A stretch of DNA of 64,000 nucleotides from an uncultured virus (IMG/VR IMGVR_UViG_3300025168_000059). Taxonomy: Duplodnaviria > Heunggongvirae > Uroviricota > Caudoviricetes. The position numbers and the translations under genes were made by a program. The stretch's first letter is position 1; each line of letters opens with the position of its first letter. The DNA is taken from the IMG/VR virus record IMGVR_UViG_3300025168_000059. One strand, 5' to 3'. A model generated the notes under the pieces. That model ran no database searches. It saw only the letters and a program-made list of their open reading frames with translations, and was not told the origin of the DNA. This document shows positions 49,470-59,419 of this stretch, one piece after another.

Positions 49470-50945
49470 TTATACACAACTTGAAGCAGCGGCAGTAGAT
49501 GCTACACATGTAATATCAATTGAAGTATCAAATCTCTTAAGAGCAATACCTGCAGTTTTTAACATGTGTACGCTAGCCCCGTCAACGTCAGAAGCTCTAG
49601 AAGAAGTGGAATCAAATCCTCTAGGTACAACTGATCCTGCTACGCACCATCTCATAGATTCACGACCTTTTTTCGAGATCATTTGTAAATTGTTTTGACC
49701 ATCATAATTTGATTGGTCAACAAATACCATTCTATAAGACTCTAGTGAATATCCAGTGTCAGGGTGTTTCGCACGAGCTTGAGCAACAGCACCATGATCA
49801 AATAATGGTAATTTTACCACATTAACCATGTGTCCATCAACATGCTCATACGAGTTAAAGTATCCAGTTAATCCTAATGATCTACCAGATCCAGTTACAA
49901 ATTTACTTTGGTCAATTACTTTCCAAGTATTACCTGAGAAATGATTTTTAAGTGCTTCATCAAATTCACGAGCTCCTCCAGTACCAGTGTACAGAGTTAC
50001 TTGTTTTTGAGTTGCATCAGTCATTCCATAAAATAAATCACCAATAATGTTTTTTAATTTACACTCAGTCATTGTAGAGTAAGTGTCTTTGTTTACTATT
50101 TGCTGTAGAAGTCCAGGACCTATAATTACTGGTTGACCATTTTCGTCTTTCATAAAAGTCAATCCATTTGCATCATAAGTTTTTTCTCCGTACCAGTAGT
50201 ACATTTCACACTCTTCTTTAAAGTCAAGCATGTGTAAATACTCCTCATAGTCCATCCAAAGTTTAGTCGTAGACCCACCTTTAGTTGGTAAAGAAAATTC
50301 TGCTACAAATTCTTTTGCATTTCCAGACATGTGGTAAGATTTTCTTACAGTTGTAAGTTTGTTTCTTACTAAGCCTGGAGCTTGCCAGTTTGAAGCATTA
50401 CCTCTAGAGAAGTCTGTTCCAACCGGTGCATATAATTGTCCCCAAATAGCTCCTGGTAAACAATCAGTTGCTGCAACTACTGCTGCTGCATTTGGGTCTA
50501 CTATTTGAACTGTGTATTCCCAGTCTGTACCTCCCGCAACCATTTCTGGTTCTTTCATAATACGTACTTGAGTACCTGATTGAGATACTAAAACGTATGG
50601 GAAAATAAAATATTTGTCAGGAAAAGTCAATAAAAAAGTTGCTCCCCCTATACCTATTGCTGCCCCTGTTGGGCCTACTGCTGATAACGGTCTCGTTCTT
50701 AAACGTTGTGTTGCCACACGATACTCATACTCTAACCTGTCAATAGATTTTACATTCCCAACACCTTCTGTTAAGAAAGATAGTGGAAATCTTTTATCAT
50801 CTTTACCTGCTAAGTGAGTTATAATTGGAGACAGTTCAGCTGGTTTTGATAACATAGCGTTAGCTAAGCTATTCATATCAGTCATTTGCGAGTCATTATA
50901 GAATGTCTTTTGAACGCTGATATTTGATCCTGTTGTTACTGCCAT
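49470..50945 (-). CDS. Major capsid protein
   Basis: 491 aa. MTDMNSLANA, N.LTTVRKS, GPGLLQQI, LYTGTGG...FD, LPLFD motifs typical of crAss-like MCPs. Follows the scaffold gene. Confidence 0.9.
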   Translation of the reverse strand: MAVTTGSNISVQKTFYNDSQMTDMNSLANAMLSKPAELSPIITHLAGKDDKRFPLSFLTEGVGNVKSIDRLEYEYRVATQRLRTRPLSAVGPTGAAIGIGGATFLLTFPDKYFIFPYVLVSQSGTQVRIMKEPEMVAGGTDWEYTVQIVDPNAAAVVAATDCLPGAIWGQLYAPVGTDFSRGNASNWQAPGLVRNKLTTVRKSYHMSGNAKEFVAEFSLPTKGGSTTKLWMDYEEYLHMLDFKEECEMYYWYGEKTYDANGLTFMKDENGQPVIIGPGLLQQIVNKDTYSTMTECKLKNIIGDLFYGMTDATQKQVTLYTGTGGAREFDEALKNHFSGNTWKVIDQSKFVTGSGRSLGLTGYFNSYEHVDGHMVNVVKLPLFDHGAVAQARAKHPDTGYSLESYRMVFVDQSNYDGQNNLQMISKKGRESMRWCVAGSVVPRGFDSTSSRASDVDGASVHMLKTAGIALKRFDTSIDITCVASTAAASSCV

Positions 50946-50993
50946 TTTAAATTTAGTTTTGTAGGGTACCTATTTCCCTGTTCAGGTATATTT

Positions 50994-52064
50994 TTAAATT
51001 GTAAGATCTAAATTTTCTAAATCTACATTTTTACTTCTTCTTGTTGCTTTACGAGCGCTTTTAACTCCTTCTTCATTTTTAGAAATTTTATCTCTTAATG
51101 ATTTAGTAGCTTTTGTTTTAGCTTTCGTATTAATAATATCTTTTAAGTTAAATCCTTTATACATTAAATAGTCTATAGCTAATTTAACTTCCATATTTGC
51201 TTCTGAATGGTCTACATCACGTTGTGTGTACCCATTATTATCTACAGGTTTAGAAAGATAATTAAAAAATTTTGATTTTTCTCTTTCAGGAACTTGAAGT
51301 CCCGCAAACTCTTTTGAGTCTTGAATAGTAGTAGCTACATTGTCCCAAAAATTTTGTTGCTCTTTTTGTTGGTCAGCTAATTCAGCTCTTTGTTTTGATA
51401 CTAATTTTTCTTTTTGTTGAGCTTGTACTTTACCTAAAGCATTTTTTGCTTGCTCTGCTTTAGAGTGTAATTTACCTGCATCTTCATAATCTTCTAACAT
51501 TTCTTTTATAAATGTTTTATCATGTCCTTTTTGAGAAAAGTAGTCTGATAAAATAGATTTTTGACTACGAATATCATCTTGAGCTAAATCCATTTTATTA
51601 TAATCTAAATTAGGATCATAAGCTTGCATAAAATTTTCTGATTGTCCTCCAGCTAAAACATATTCTAAATGTTTTTTAACTAGTGGGAAACTTTCCATAA
51701 CTTCGTCAATTCTATCATCAGCCATTTGAGATGCTATATCTTTTGTCATATCAGCTAAGCCTTCTGAAGTATCTTCATACTCAGAGCTTGGTTCATAGCC
51801 TAGTTTAGATAAAACTTCTGATACTACTGTAGAATCTTCTTCTACACCATCTTCTACGTCTTCGTTTTGAGATTCCCGAGCTTCTACTTCAGGTTGCTCT
51901 ACTTCTTCTTCAATATCTTCTAATTCATCAGATACCTCTTCTTTTACTTCTTCTTGTACCGGTAAATCTAATTCTTCAACTGGAGAAGTCGTAGCTACTC
52001 CATCACCTGCGATTACATCATCGAAAGTAATATCATCTAACTGTATTTTTTCGTTTGGGTCCAT
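50994..52064 (-). CDS. Capsid scaffolding/assembly protein
   Basis: Very acidic N-terminus and coiled coil. Lies between portal and MCP. Confidence 0.7.
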   Translation of the reverse strand: MDPNEKIQLDDITFDDVIAGDGVATTSPVEELDLPVQEEVKEEVSDELEDIEEEVEQPEVEARESQNEDVEDGVEEDSTVVSEVLSKLGYEPSSEYEDTSEGLADMTKDIASQMADDRIDEVMESFPLVKKHLEYVLAGGQSENFMQAYDPNLDYNKMDLAQDDIRSQKSILSDYFSQKGHDKTFIKEMLEDYEDAGKLHSKAEQAKNALGKVQAQQKEKLVSKQRAELADQQKEQQNFWDNVATTIQDSKEFAGLQVPEREKSKFFNYLSKPVDNNGYTQRDVDHSEANMEVKLAIDYLMYKGFNLKDIINTKAKTKATKSLRDKISKNEEGVKSARKATRRSKNVDLENLDLTI

Positions 52065-52091
52065 ATATATATTTTTATTGGTTTTAGGTTA

Positions 52092-52162
52092 CAAATTTAC
52101 TAATTATATTGATATTTTTTATAAAATTTTTATTTTTTGGCTTTCTATTATTATATAACACT
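52092..52162 (-). promoter_or_regulatory. Late promoter: Bacteroidota -7 box TAAATTTG plus upstream AGTGTTATA motif
   Basis: TAnnTTTG at 52092-52099 in the intergenic gap before the scaffold/MCP genes. Confidence 0.6.
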
Positions 52163-53175
52163 TACCATTCAAATCTTGCTTTAAAGCCCCCTGTTTTAAA
52201 TAAATTTTTAGTTCTAGAGTTCCATTTTTTTCTTTCTACTTCAATTTCATCATCAGTTAACTTATGTATAGGTTTTCCATTAACTTTACCTTTATGATTT
52301 TTAAGCCAGTATTTAAACACTTCTTCTTGCGATGGAGGTGTAGTTCTATTTTTAGTAACTGCATCAAAAGCAACTTTTCTGTCATCTCCCCCATAAATTT
52401 TATCCCCAATAAATAAAGCATCTTGCTCTTTACTATTTAAGTTTTTAAAATCAAGAGATTTATTTTTATGTAGAGCTTTAAGTTTTGGATAATCTGACAA
52501 AGTTTTATCTGTAAAGTTGTCTAAAAAAAGTTTTGTTCTATTAATAGCTGTATTACCCCCTCCTTTTTCCCCTACCTCATATTGATACTTACCTCTTCCA
52601 GGACCATCGTACAAAGTCCCATCTTTTTTTTGTGATATTTGAATTTGGTTAGGATTGTTTTTAGATTCATGATGACTTATAGCATTCATTACAGTATTTA
52701 CATAGGTAGTATCTCTACCAGTAGTATGTAAATAATTCATCATATTATCTCTTATCCCACCTTTTTGATAAGCAGCCGGTGACTCTATTACCGTTCCTTT
52801 TGACGGACCAGTTGGTAAATCTTGTATTCCTGGGGGTACATTTTTATAGGATTCTACTAAATGCCCTTGATCATCTATCTTTTGTATGTCAATAGGTGCT
52901 TGCATCCCTACAGTATTAAAAGACTGATTAGGTTGTACGTCTGGGAAAGCCATACTAGCTTGAGTATTCCCCATAGCATGTTGTTCTCTTAACCCTACCT
53001 CTTGTTCTTGTGGTGTGTTAGCAACTTGCATCTGTTGTTGCTCTTGTTCTATTTGATATTGATCAACTAAATCTATACCTTGAGCTGCAGCTTGAAATAC
53101 TTCAGCAATACCCCCTGGGTATCCTGTACTCCTAACTCTATTTAATAATTCTCTCCTAGTTTCGTTTGTTAGCAT
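52162..53175 (-). CDS. Virion protein with C-terminal lysozyme/SLT-like domain
   Basis: AISHHESKNNP...GRGKYQY resembles the catalytic ES and GxxQ motifs of lysozyme-fold muralytic enzymes. Confidence 0.5.
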   Translation of the reverse strand: MLTNETRRELLNRVRSTGYPGGIAEVFQAAAQGIDLVDQYQIEQEQQQMQVANTPQEQEVGLREQHAMGNTQASMAFPDVQPNQSFNTVGMQAPIDIQKIDDQGHLVESYKNVPPGIQDLPTGPSKGTVIESPAAYQKGGIRDNMMNYLHTTGRDTTYVNTVMNAISHHESKNNPNQIQISQKKDGTLYDGPGRGKYQYEVGEKGGGNTAINRTKLFLDNFTDKTLSDYPKLKALHKNKSLDFKNLNSKEQDALFIGDKIYGGDDRKVAFDAVTKNRTTPPSQEEVFKYWLKNHKGKVNGKPIHKLTDDEIEVERKKWNSRTKNLFKTGGFKARFEW

Positions 53176-55462
53176 TTTTAGAAGCTATTTCTTTTTTATT
53201 TTCACTGTCATCTCTTTTAACTTGATTAGTTTCCCTAGATATATTTTCATTTACTTGATTACCCCTAGTTTTTTCATCTAACTCTTTTTGTCTTAACTCA
53301 AGTTCTCTTTCTTTCACTTCAAAGTCTCTAACCATTTTTTCAAGATTTAAAGTGTGCCCTTCAGTGTCTTTTTTAGACTCCGCTGATATTAATGCAATCT
53401 CAATATCTTTTTGCCTGTCTTTTTCTCTTTCAAGATTTTCAGCTTCTTGTTGCATTTGAGCTGCTTCTAATTGTTGCTGCCCTTGTTCTTGTTGAGCTTG
53501 TTGTTGTGCTGCTTCTAATTCTTCTGTAGCTCTATCTGCTTTTTTAAGATTCTTTTTAATCTCTACAAAACTATCAGAGTCTAACATTTCTGCTACATCC
53601 CCCATCTTAGCTCCATTTTGAACCATAGCTTGAGTTAACCCTTTAATATTTTGTAATTTTTCTTGATCTTTACCAGCATCTGAAACAAATATCCCATAAT
53701 TAGATTCCATATGCCTCATACTATCTACATCTAAAAAGTCTGTAGTTCCGTCAGGCATAACATACATTGTTTTCTTACCTGTTAACCATGCTTCTTTAGA
53801 GTAGTCAAGTAACGCTTGAAGATCTCTTTGTTCCATTCTTTCAAACTTTCTAAATAAGTCTTCAGTAATATGAGATGATTGTAGTATAGCTTGTTGTGAA
53901 GATGCTTTACCTTCATAAGCTCCAATTTCTCCTTGTCTTTGTCTACTTACCCCAGATATTTTTTCCCACTCCTGTAAGATAGATTCTAATAACTGGATAT
54001 ACTGCCCAATAGTTTTAATAGACATATCCATAACAGATTGGTGTTGCGGATTTAATTGTATCCCCTCTTTATTATAATCTACCCAAGCAATACCCGTACC
54101 CTCAACATAGTACATAAACTTATCCATATCCCACTTCTTAGGTATCATATTAATATCAAAAGAAGCAATAATATCTTTACTTTTTGCGATTGCAAGCTCT
54201 AATCTATATTTATAGATATTATAATTTAATTGATATGGTATCCCTAATTTAACAAGAGATATATTTGTAGCGTTTGTATCTGAGTATCTTCTCCCGTTAA
54301 TAGGTAGTTTACATTTAGATGGATTTTCTAAAGACAGTCTTTGATTTATTATAGGGTTCATATTTATATAAAATCTCCCATCAATTCTTGTTCCCTCCCA
54401 AACTTCATTAACCCACCTCCAAGTTAACTTAGCTCCTTGCTCTTTCATTTCTTTAGATAGTCTAAAGCCATCTGCAACTTCTTGCTCTTCTACCATTCCG
54501 GTTTGAGGATCTACATAGGTTAAAAATCCTATTCTTTTTCTAGATTTCCAATAAACATTAACAACTTCGATTAATCTATTTCTAAAAGAATTTGGATCTT
54601 TACCAGATGCGTTAGTATATAAAAAAGAAACATCATTTTCTGAGTGCTGAGGGTCTTCTAATTCTAAAACTTGTGCTTCCGATAAACTTTCATAGTACGC
54701 ATCAATAACACTAGAAGCATGTACATACTTTCTAACTAATGCCCAATCCCCATCTTCTACAAATTCTAAATCTGGATCAAGATCAAAATCTACATCAATA
54801 GGATTTAATACATCATAAAAAGGCTCTCCATTTCTTACCCCCCTGTGTGTGTATACTTCCCCAGCAACTAAATAATGAAACCAAGCTTTTTGCATTTTAT
54901 CATAAACTTCTTGTTCTGTCATTATATAGTTCATAGATTTTTGCCCTAACACAGCTCTAGTGTCTACATAACTTTCTTCAAACATTTCTGCAATGTGTTG
55001 AGGTAATTCAATCTCTTGTTCTGGATCCATCCCTACATCTTGACCTTGTTGCTGCAAAGACTGTAAGAAATGCTGTTGTAAATTTTTATAAATTAATTCT
55101 TTTTTACTTTCTTCTTTAATAGAAACACTATCTTGATTTTGTACTGTTACAGTGTAATTGAGAGGTCGTTTGGATTTTTCTCCCAAGAGAAGATCAATAA
55201 TAGGCTTGATAATAGGGTAATTACGCATTTCGGAAGGGAAGTTCTTACGACTTTTGCCATAAGGCTTTAATACATAATTATAATCTCCCTCACCAATTAC
55301 ACCGTTATAATAATCATATAAAGTCTTAATCCCATCTTTTTTTTGAGAGTATCCTGACCCTGAATTAGAAAGATTTATAAATGCTTCTACGCATTCTTCT
55401 CCCCATTTTTTATCTTTTCTTGTTATTGAAAGTTTTTGTCTTGGTATTTTATTGTATCCCAT
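53156..55462 (-). CDS. Portal protein
   Basis: 768 aa. NYPIIKPIIDLLLGE, W.NEVWEG, ISGVSRQRQG and a Gln-rich coiled tail. Near the terminase. Confidence 0.92.
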   Translation of the reverse strand: MGYNKIPRQKLSITRKDKKWGEECVEAFINLSNSGSGYSQKKDGIKTLYDYYNGVIGEGDYNYVLKPYGKSRKNFPSEMRNYPIIKPIIDLLLGEKSKRPLNYTVTVQNQDSVSIKEESKKELIYKNLQQHFLQSLQQQGQDVGMDPEQEIELPQHIAEMFEESYVDTRAVLGQKSMNYIMTEQEVYDKMQKAWFHYLVAGEVYTHRGVRNGEPFYDVLNPIDVDFDLDPDLEFVEDGDWALVRKYVHASSVIDAYYESLSEAQVLELEDPQHSENDVSFLYTNASGKDPNSFRNRLIEVVNVYWKSRKRIGFLTYVDPQTGMVEEQEVADGFRLSKEMKEQGAKLTWRWVNEVWEGTRIDGRFYINMNPIINQRLSLENPSKCKLPINGRRYSDTNATNISLVKLGIPYQLNYNIYKYRLELAIAKSKDIIASFDINMIPKKWDMDKFMYYVEGTGIAWVDYNKEGIQLNPQHQSVMDMSIKTIGQYIQLLESILQEWEKISGVSRQRQGEIGAYEGKASSQQAILQSSHITEDLFRKFERMEQRDLQALLDYSKEAWLTGKKTMYVMPDGTTDFLDVDSMRHMESNYGIFVSDAGKDQEKLQNIKGLTQAMVQNGAKMGDVAEMLDSDSFVEIKKNLKKADRATEELEAAQQQAQQEQGQQQLEAAQMQQEAENLEREKDRQKDIEIALISAESKKDTEGHTLNLEKMVRDFEVKERELELRQKELDEKTRGNQVNENISRETNQVKRDDSENKKEIASKNANKRN

Positions 55463-55469
55463 AATCTTA

Positions 55470-55541
55470 CAAAAATAGTAATATTATCTAAAGATATTAC
55501 TTTAGTTTATATTTTTAATTGTTTATTATAAATATATCACT
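55470..55541 (-). promoter_or_regulatory. Late promoter: -7 box TATTTTTG plus upstream AGTGATATA motif
   Basis: TAnnTTTG at 55470-55477 just upstream of the portal ATG. Confidence 0.55.
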
Positions 55542-55872
55542 ACAAATAATTACAAATGTCATATAAATCATATTTTAACGTAAGCTCATCCCCTTCTTTT
55601 ATTTTCTTTAACGTTTTTAATCTTTTATAATCATCGTTTTCATCTTCTACTAACTCGCAGTTAGCATCTTTAGAGTGATTAATAAATCCCCCTAAAGGAG
55701 TTCTTATATAATCATGTTGAAAGTTTGGATCATACACATGACTTATACCTATAACCACCTCACCAGGAATATCTTCTTTAGCTAGAATCCCTGCTCCATG
55801 AATGTCTGACGGACCTATCATTAAGTATTCTGGTAGAGGGGTATAAGGTTCTTTATTTTTACATTTTTCCAT
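55540..55872 (-). CDS. SET-domain protein-lysine methyltransferase
   Basis: SDIHGAGILAKEDI (GxG), GFINHS...NC and IKEGDELTLKY (ELxxxY) motifs. Likely start is ATG 55872. Confidence 0.85.
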   Translation of the reverse strand: MEKCKNKEPYTPLPEYLMIGPSDIHGAGILAKEDIPGEVVIGISHVYDPNFQHDYIRTPLGGFINHSKDANCELVEDENDDYKRLKTLKKIKEGDELTLKYDLYDICNYL

Positions 55873-55873
55873 A

Positions 55874-57844
55874 TTAATAATAATTTTGATCAAACCATTT
55901 GTCAGCTGACCTGTCTTCTAATATATCTTTAACTTCTGCATTATATAATTCTCTAGTATGGTACATCCCAATCATAAATGCCATTACACGGTCAAAGTTA
56001 CCTTTATGATTAAACTTAATTAACTCCATTAACAATGCAGGATCATATATTTTATGCAAATTTAATAATTGTTTTCCATCTTCTTGTGTTCTCCTTACAG
56101 TATTTAACCAATCTCTAATATATATTTCTCCTTGACGTTTTCTAGCCTCAGTCATGTGCATACCATATTGTCTCTTTACTGTTTTGCTTCTTAGCTCTCT
56201 TTTGTCTAACATTTCAAATTCTTCTTGAAGTTTATGCAACTTCCTAAAACGCTTAGCGTAAGGTATAACTTCACCACGATCATTTTCAAATCCTATCTTA
56301 CATCCGTAGTAATCCGCAAGTAAAAATAAATTTCTATTATAGTCATCTTGTGTTTTAGGTCTCCCTACATAAGAGGCTACTATAATATCATCAGGTTGTG
56401 ATAAATTATTAGGTCTTTTTAAAACATAAGCTGCCCCTAAAGATGTAGAGTCAGCAGACTGATTCTGCCCATAAGGGTCATGGCAGATTACATACATATT
56501 TATAGGAACTTGACCTTTTGAATTTTTATACGGTGTTTCATATATAACTACAGCCCCTGTTTTATCATCATCTTTTCTGTGTGGAAATTTTATAATTTGT
56601 TTTAGATCTCCATCAAGAGTAAACTTTGCGTTACCGTCAACACTTTGACTTAATCGCCCTATTGTACCAGTTGCTTGCAATCCCCTTGCTTTAACTATAT
56701 TATATTGTTCTTGCAAAGCTGCTATATCAAATAAATTAGAAGTAACTTGCAATGTAGCTTCTTGAGGTGAAAAAGGATGCTCTGCTATATATTGATCTAA
56801 TGATTTTGCATCTGCAGCGCCTTTTTTCTTTTCCCTCATTTCTTCTTCGTACTCTACAGCTACTTGTTCTTGAGAGTTTCCTTCATCATCTATAAAACCA
56901 TCTAAATTTCTTTGTATTGGGATAAAATACCCGCAAGTAGTTCCAATTGCTCCTTCATCCCATTTATTTTCATATCCCATACAATCATATGCTTCAGGAT
57001 TATAAAATATTTCTTCCATTGCTTCAAAGTCTGATCCTTCCGTACCACCTGTACCAAAAGCAATCATCATCCCTAAAGTTTTACTACCTTGTCTCATTGT
57101 TGGCATTGTTACCTCCCAAGCTTTTAATAGTCCTGGGAAAGATCCTGCCTCTTCAAAAAATACTAACTCACCTGCTTTACCCCTTACTTTATCTGGGTTA
57201 TCTTTTAAACTTACCCCTAGTATTTGTGACTTCATCCCCATCTCAATTTCTAGTCCGTTTACTTTCTTTTTATAGCCAGACATTTTATGCATTTCTCGGT
57301 CTCTTAATCTTGGTTGAGACCATGCTGTGTGGTCATCTATAAAAGATAAAAACTCCCAAGCTTTAGACAAAAGTCCATCACCAATTAAGTATTCTTTTTG
57401 TCCAGCAAATACAAAATTCTTAGAGTTTTTTACAAAAAAGTAGTTACGTGCAAGCATAGACCCCGCCTTATAAGAATACCCCTTACGTCTCGCTTTTAAA
57501 ACAATCATGTGCTTATTATCTGACCTAGCTTTATCTATTTCTTGATAATATTCCCAATCACCGTCATAAAATCTAGGGAACGTTCTTTCACGTCTAGCTT
57601 GTATACTGCCATCAGGCATTTCTTCGTCTACAGCTCTATCAATAGGACAATAATTTAAATAAAAATAATGAAAACCTGTAATATATAATTCGTCTACAGT
57701 ATACCCATATAAACATCTTTTTTTCTCTTCATCCCAAAAATCATAGTACTCTTTAGTACCCGGTAAAGACGGTGTGTAGTATCCATTAGCTAAAAAAGAT
57801 ACAGCTGATGGTCTAATTCTATTTATATCTTTAAACTTTGGCAT
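55874..57844 (-). CDS. terL: Terminase large subunit
   Basis: Walker A LKARRKGYS, Walker B VFFEEAG, FGTGG, nuclease DPY and NFDRVMA motifs. Confidence 0.95.
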   Translation of the reverse strand: MPKFKDINRIRPSAVSFLANGYYTPSLPGTKEYYDFWDEEKKRCLYGYTVDELYITGFHYFYLNYCPIDRAVDEEMPDGSIQARRERTFPRFYDGDWEYYQEIDKARSDNKHMIVLKARRKGYSYKAGSMLARNYFFVKNSKNFVFAGQKEYLIGDGLLSKAWEFLSFIDDHTAWSQPRLRDREMHKMSGYKKKVNGLEIEMGMKSQILGVSLKDNPDKVRGKAGELVFFEEAGSFPGLLKAWEVTMPTMRQGSKTLGMMIAFGTGGTEGSDFEAMEEIFYNPEAYDCMGYENKWDEGAIGTTCGYFIPIQRNLDGFIDDEGNSQEQVAVEYEEEMREKKKGAADAKSLDQYIAEHPFSPQEATLQVTSNLFDIAALQEQYNIVKARGLQATGTIGRLSQSVDGNAKFTLDGDLKQIIKFPHRKDDDKTGAVVIYETPYKNSKGQVPINMYVICHDPYGQNQSADSTSLGAAYVLKRPNNLSQPDDIIVASYVGRPKTQDDYNRNLFLLADYYGCKIGFENDRGEVIPYAKRFRKLHKLQEEFEMLDKRELRSKTVKRQYGMHMTEARKRQGEIYIRDWLNTVRRTQEDGKQLLNLHKIYDPALLMELIKFNHKGNFDRVMAFMIGMYHTRELYNAEVKDILEDRSADKWFDQNYY

Positions 57845-58094
57845 TTTCTTTTATCTCAACTAACTCTGCACACTTTTCATATTCTTCTATACTTATAAAA
57901 TACTCAATGACAATATCTATTGTTGAAGAGTTTCTACCATCTTCTGCAATAGGATCAAATGGTAAAGGAAACTCAGATATTGTATCATCTTCTAAAGCAT
58001 AGTAAATATCATCTAAAGTTTTCTTTTTAGTTATAAGATCATAAGCATTTACCATTGCTCTATTATAAAGTTCTAAGTCTTCTAAAAAATCCAT
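57831..58094 (-). CDS. Small acidic protein with UvrB/C-like motif
   Basis: EEYEKCAEL near the C-terminus. Confidence 0.5.
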   Translation of the reverse strand: MDFLEDLELYNRAMVNAYDLITKKKTLDDIYYALEDDTISEFPLPFDPIAEDGRNSSTIDIVIEYFISIEEYEKCAELVEIKENAKV

Positions 58095-58609
58095 TACATA
58101 CTATATTTGTTTACTTCAATTCCACCTCTATTTGTATTTGAGGCTTGTTCTTCTTTTTTAACTATTTCTTCTAACCTAGATAACCCATCAACTACTTTCC
58201 CCATATTAGATAAGTTAGCTATTAAGTCTTTAGCGTGAAATATAGGTTTACCATTATCATCCATTAAATGTAAATCTACTTGTCTAAAATACTTTTCTAA
58301 TTTTACTATTGATTCTCTAGCAGCTTTTAATAATCTTACCGCTGACGTTTCTATTAAATTTTCGTATTTTTTACATCCTCCTAATACTTCTGCAGAAGGT
58401 TTCCACTTATTTTTTTCCCCAAATATACTATTTTTTACTTCAATAATACGTTGCGCTCTTTCATAAACTGAAAAAGGACTCTTATGATCTTCTATAAAAT
58501 ATATAAAAGCTAATTCTTCAACTGTTAAATTTTTAAACTCTATTATAGTTTTAGCATATCCACTAGGAACCGCTTTATTATCTTGGATGTGTATTAAATC
58601 TTCTCTCAT
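58094..58609 (-). CDS. Conserved helical protein, possible terminase small subunit
   Basis: 171 aa, two genes upstream of terL. C-terminal NRGG. Function inferred from position only. Confidence 0.4.
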   Translation of the reverse strand: MREDLIHIQDNKAVPSGYAKTIIEFKNLTVEELAFIYFIEDHKSPFSVYERAQRIIEVKNSIFGEKNKWKPSAEVLGGCKKYENLIETSAVRLLKAARESIVKLEKYFRQVDLHLMDDNGKPIFHAKDLIANLSNMGKVVDGLSRLEEIVKKEEQASNTNRGGIEVNKYSM

Positions 58610-58964
58610 GTTTTTTTACAAGTATTAGTACATTTTTATATTTTTCTTCGTCTTTTACTAGTTCTACAGTAATCTTTTCTTTATCTAGTTTCTTATCATT
58701 TTCTATTGCAATGTCTTTTAAAATTCTTAACCTGTGATTTCCATTGCAAGCATAATATCTATACTCTAAATTTTCTTCTTTATAATCTAAAACCTCAATA
58801 TTATTTTGTATTCCATTTTCTTCAATATCTTTTTTTAACTGCCTATTCGACCAATAGCAATTATTTTTAATTGTATGTTTAACTCCATATTTTCCATAAA
58901 AACCACCAGCATTACAAAAACACCCTTTAATTTCACTTAAAAATAAATTTTTAGTTAGGCTCAT
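58578..58964 (-). CDS. ParB/Srx-like domain protein
   Basis: LKKDIEENGIQNNIEV...NGNHRL. Confidence 0.65.
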   Translation of the reverse strand: MSLTKNLFLSEIKGCFCNAGGFYGKYGVKHTIKNNCYWSNRQLKKDIEENGIQNNIEVLDYKEENLEYRYYACNGNHRLRILKDIAIENDKKLDKEKITVELVKDEEKYKNVLILVKKHERRFNTHPR

Positions 58965-59217
58965 CTACTTTTTCTTTGTGTAAAGCTAATAACTGTTTTA
59001 TAGTTTCAAGTTGCATACAGTAATCATATAATATTATCTCATCGTCTGTATGAGTTTCTTTAGTATTATGAATTAAAGTATACTTAAATAAAGCCATTTC
59101 ATACTGTTGTATCTGAGCCTCTCTATCACGTATTATCATATAAGCTTCATAGTCAATCTTTTTTTGCTCTCCATTAATAAATACTTTTTTCTTACTTTTC
59201 TTTTTTTCTTTTTTCAT
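58951..59217 (-). CDS. Hypothetical protein
   Basis: 88-aa ORF overlapping its neighbours in a tight operon. Confidence 0.5.
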   Translation of the reverse strand: MKKEKKKSKKKVFINGEQKKIDYEAYMIIRDREAQIQQYEMALFKYTLIHNTKETHTDDEIILYDYCMQLETIKQLLALHKEKVDEPN

Positions 59218-59419
59218 TTAATTTATTAATATGTTTTACTCTATTAGGATTAACAGAAAATTTACCAAAGTATGGGAGTCTTACCCCATCAAAGTTTCCT
59301 TTCTTCATTATTTTATCTACAAATTTAAATTGAGAGTTTATAATATTTTCCACTTCTTTAAGGGGTAAATTATATTTAGTTGCTAGAATCTGTATTATTA
59401 TTTTTTTGTCTTTTAACAT
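59192..59419 (-). CDS. HU/IHF-like DNA-binding protein
   Basis: IQILATKYNLPLKEVENIINSQF...VRLPYFGKF. Confidence 0.75.
   Translation of the reverse strand: MLKDKKIIIQILATKYNLPLKEVENIINSQFKFVDKIMKKGNFDGVRLPYFGKFSVNPNRVKHINKLNEKRKKEK

Noticed and set aside
3401..57844. Group I introns or inteins in vRNAP, MCP, portal or terminase
   Set aside because: The genes are uninterrupted and of expected size, with no intein splice or homing endonuclease motifs seen.
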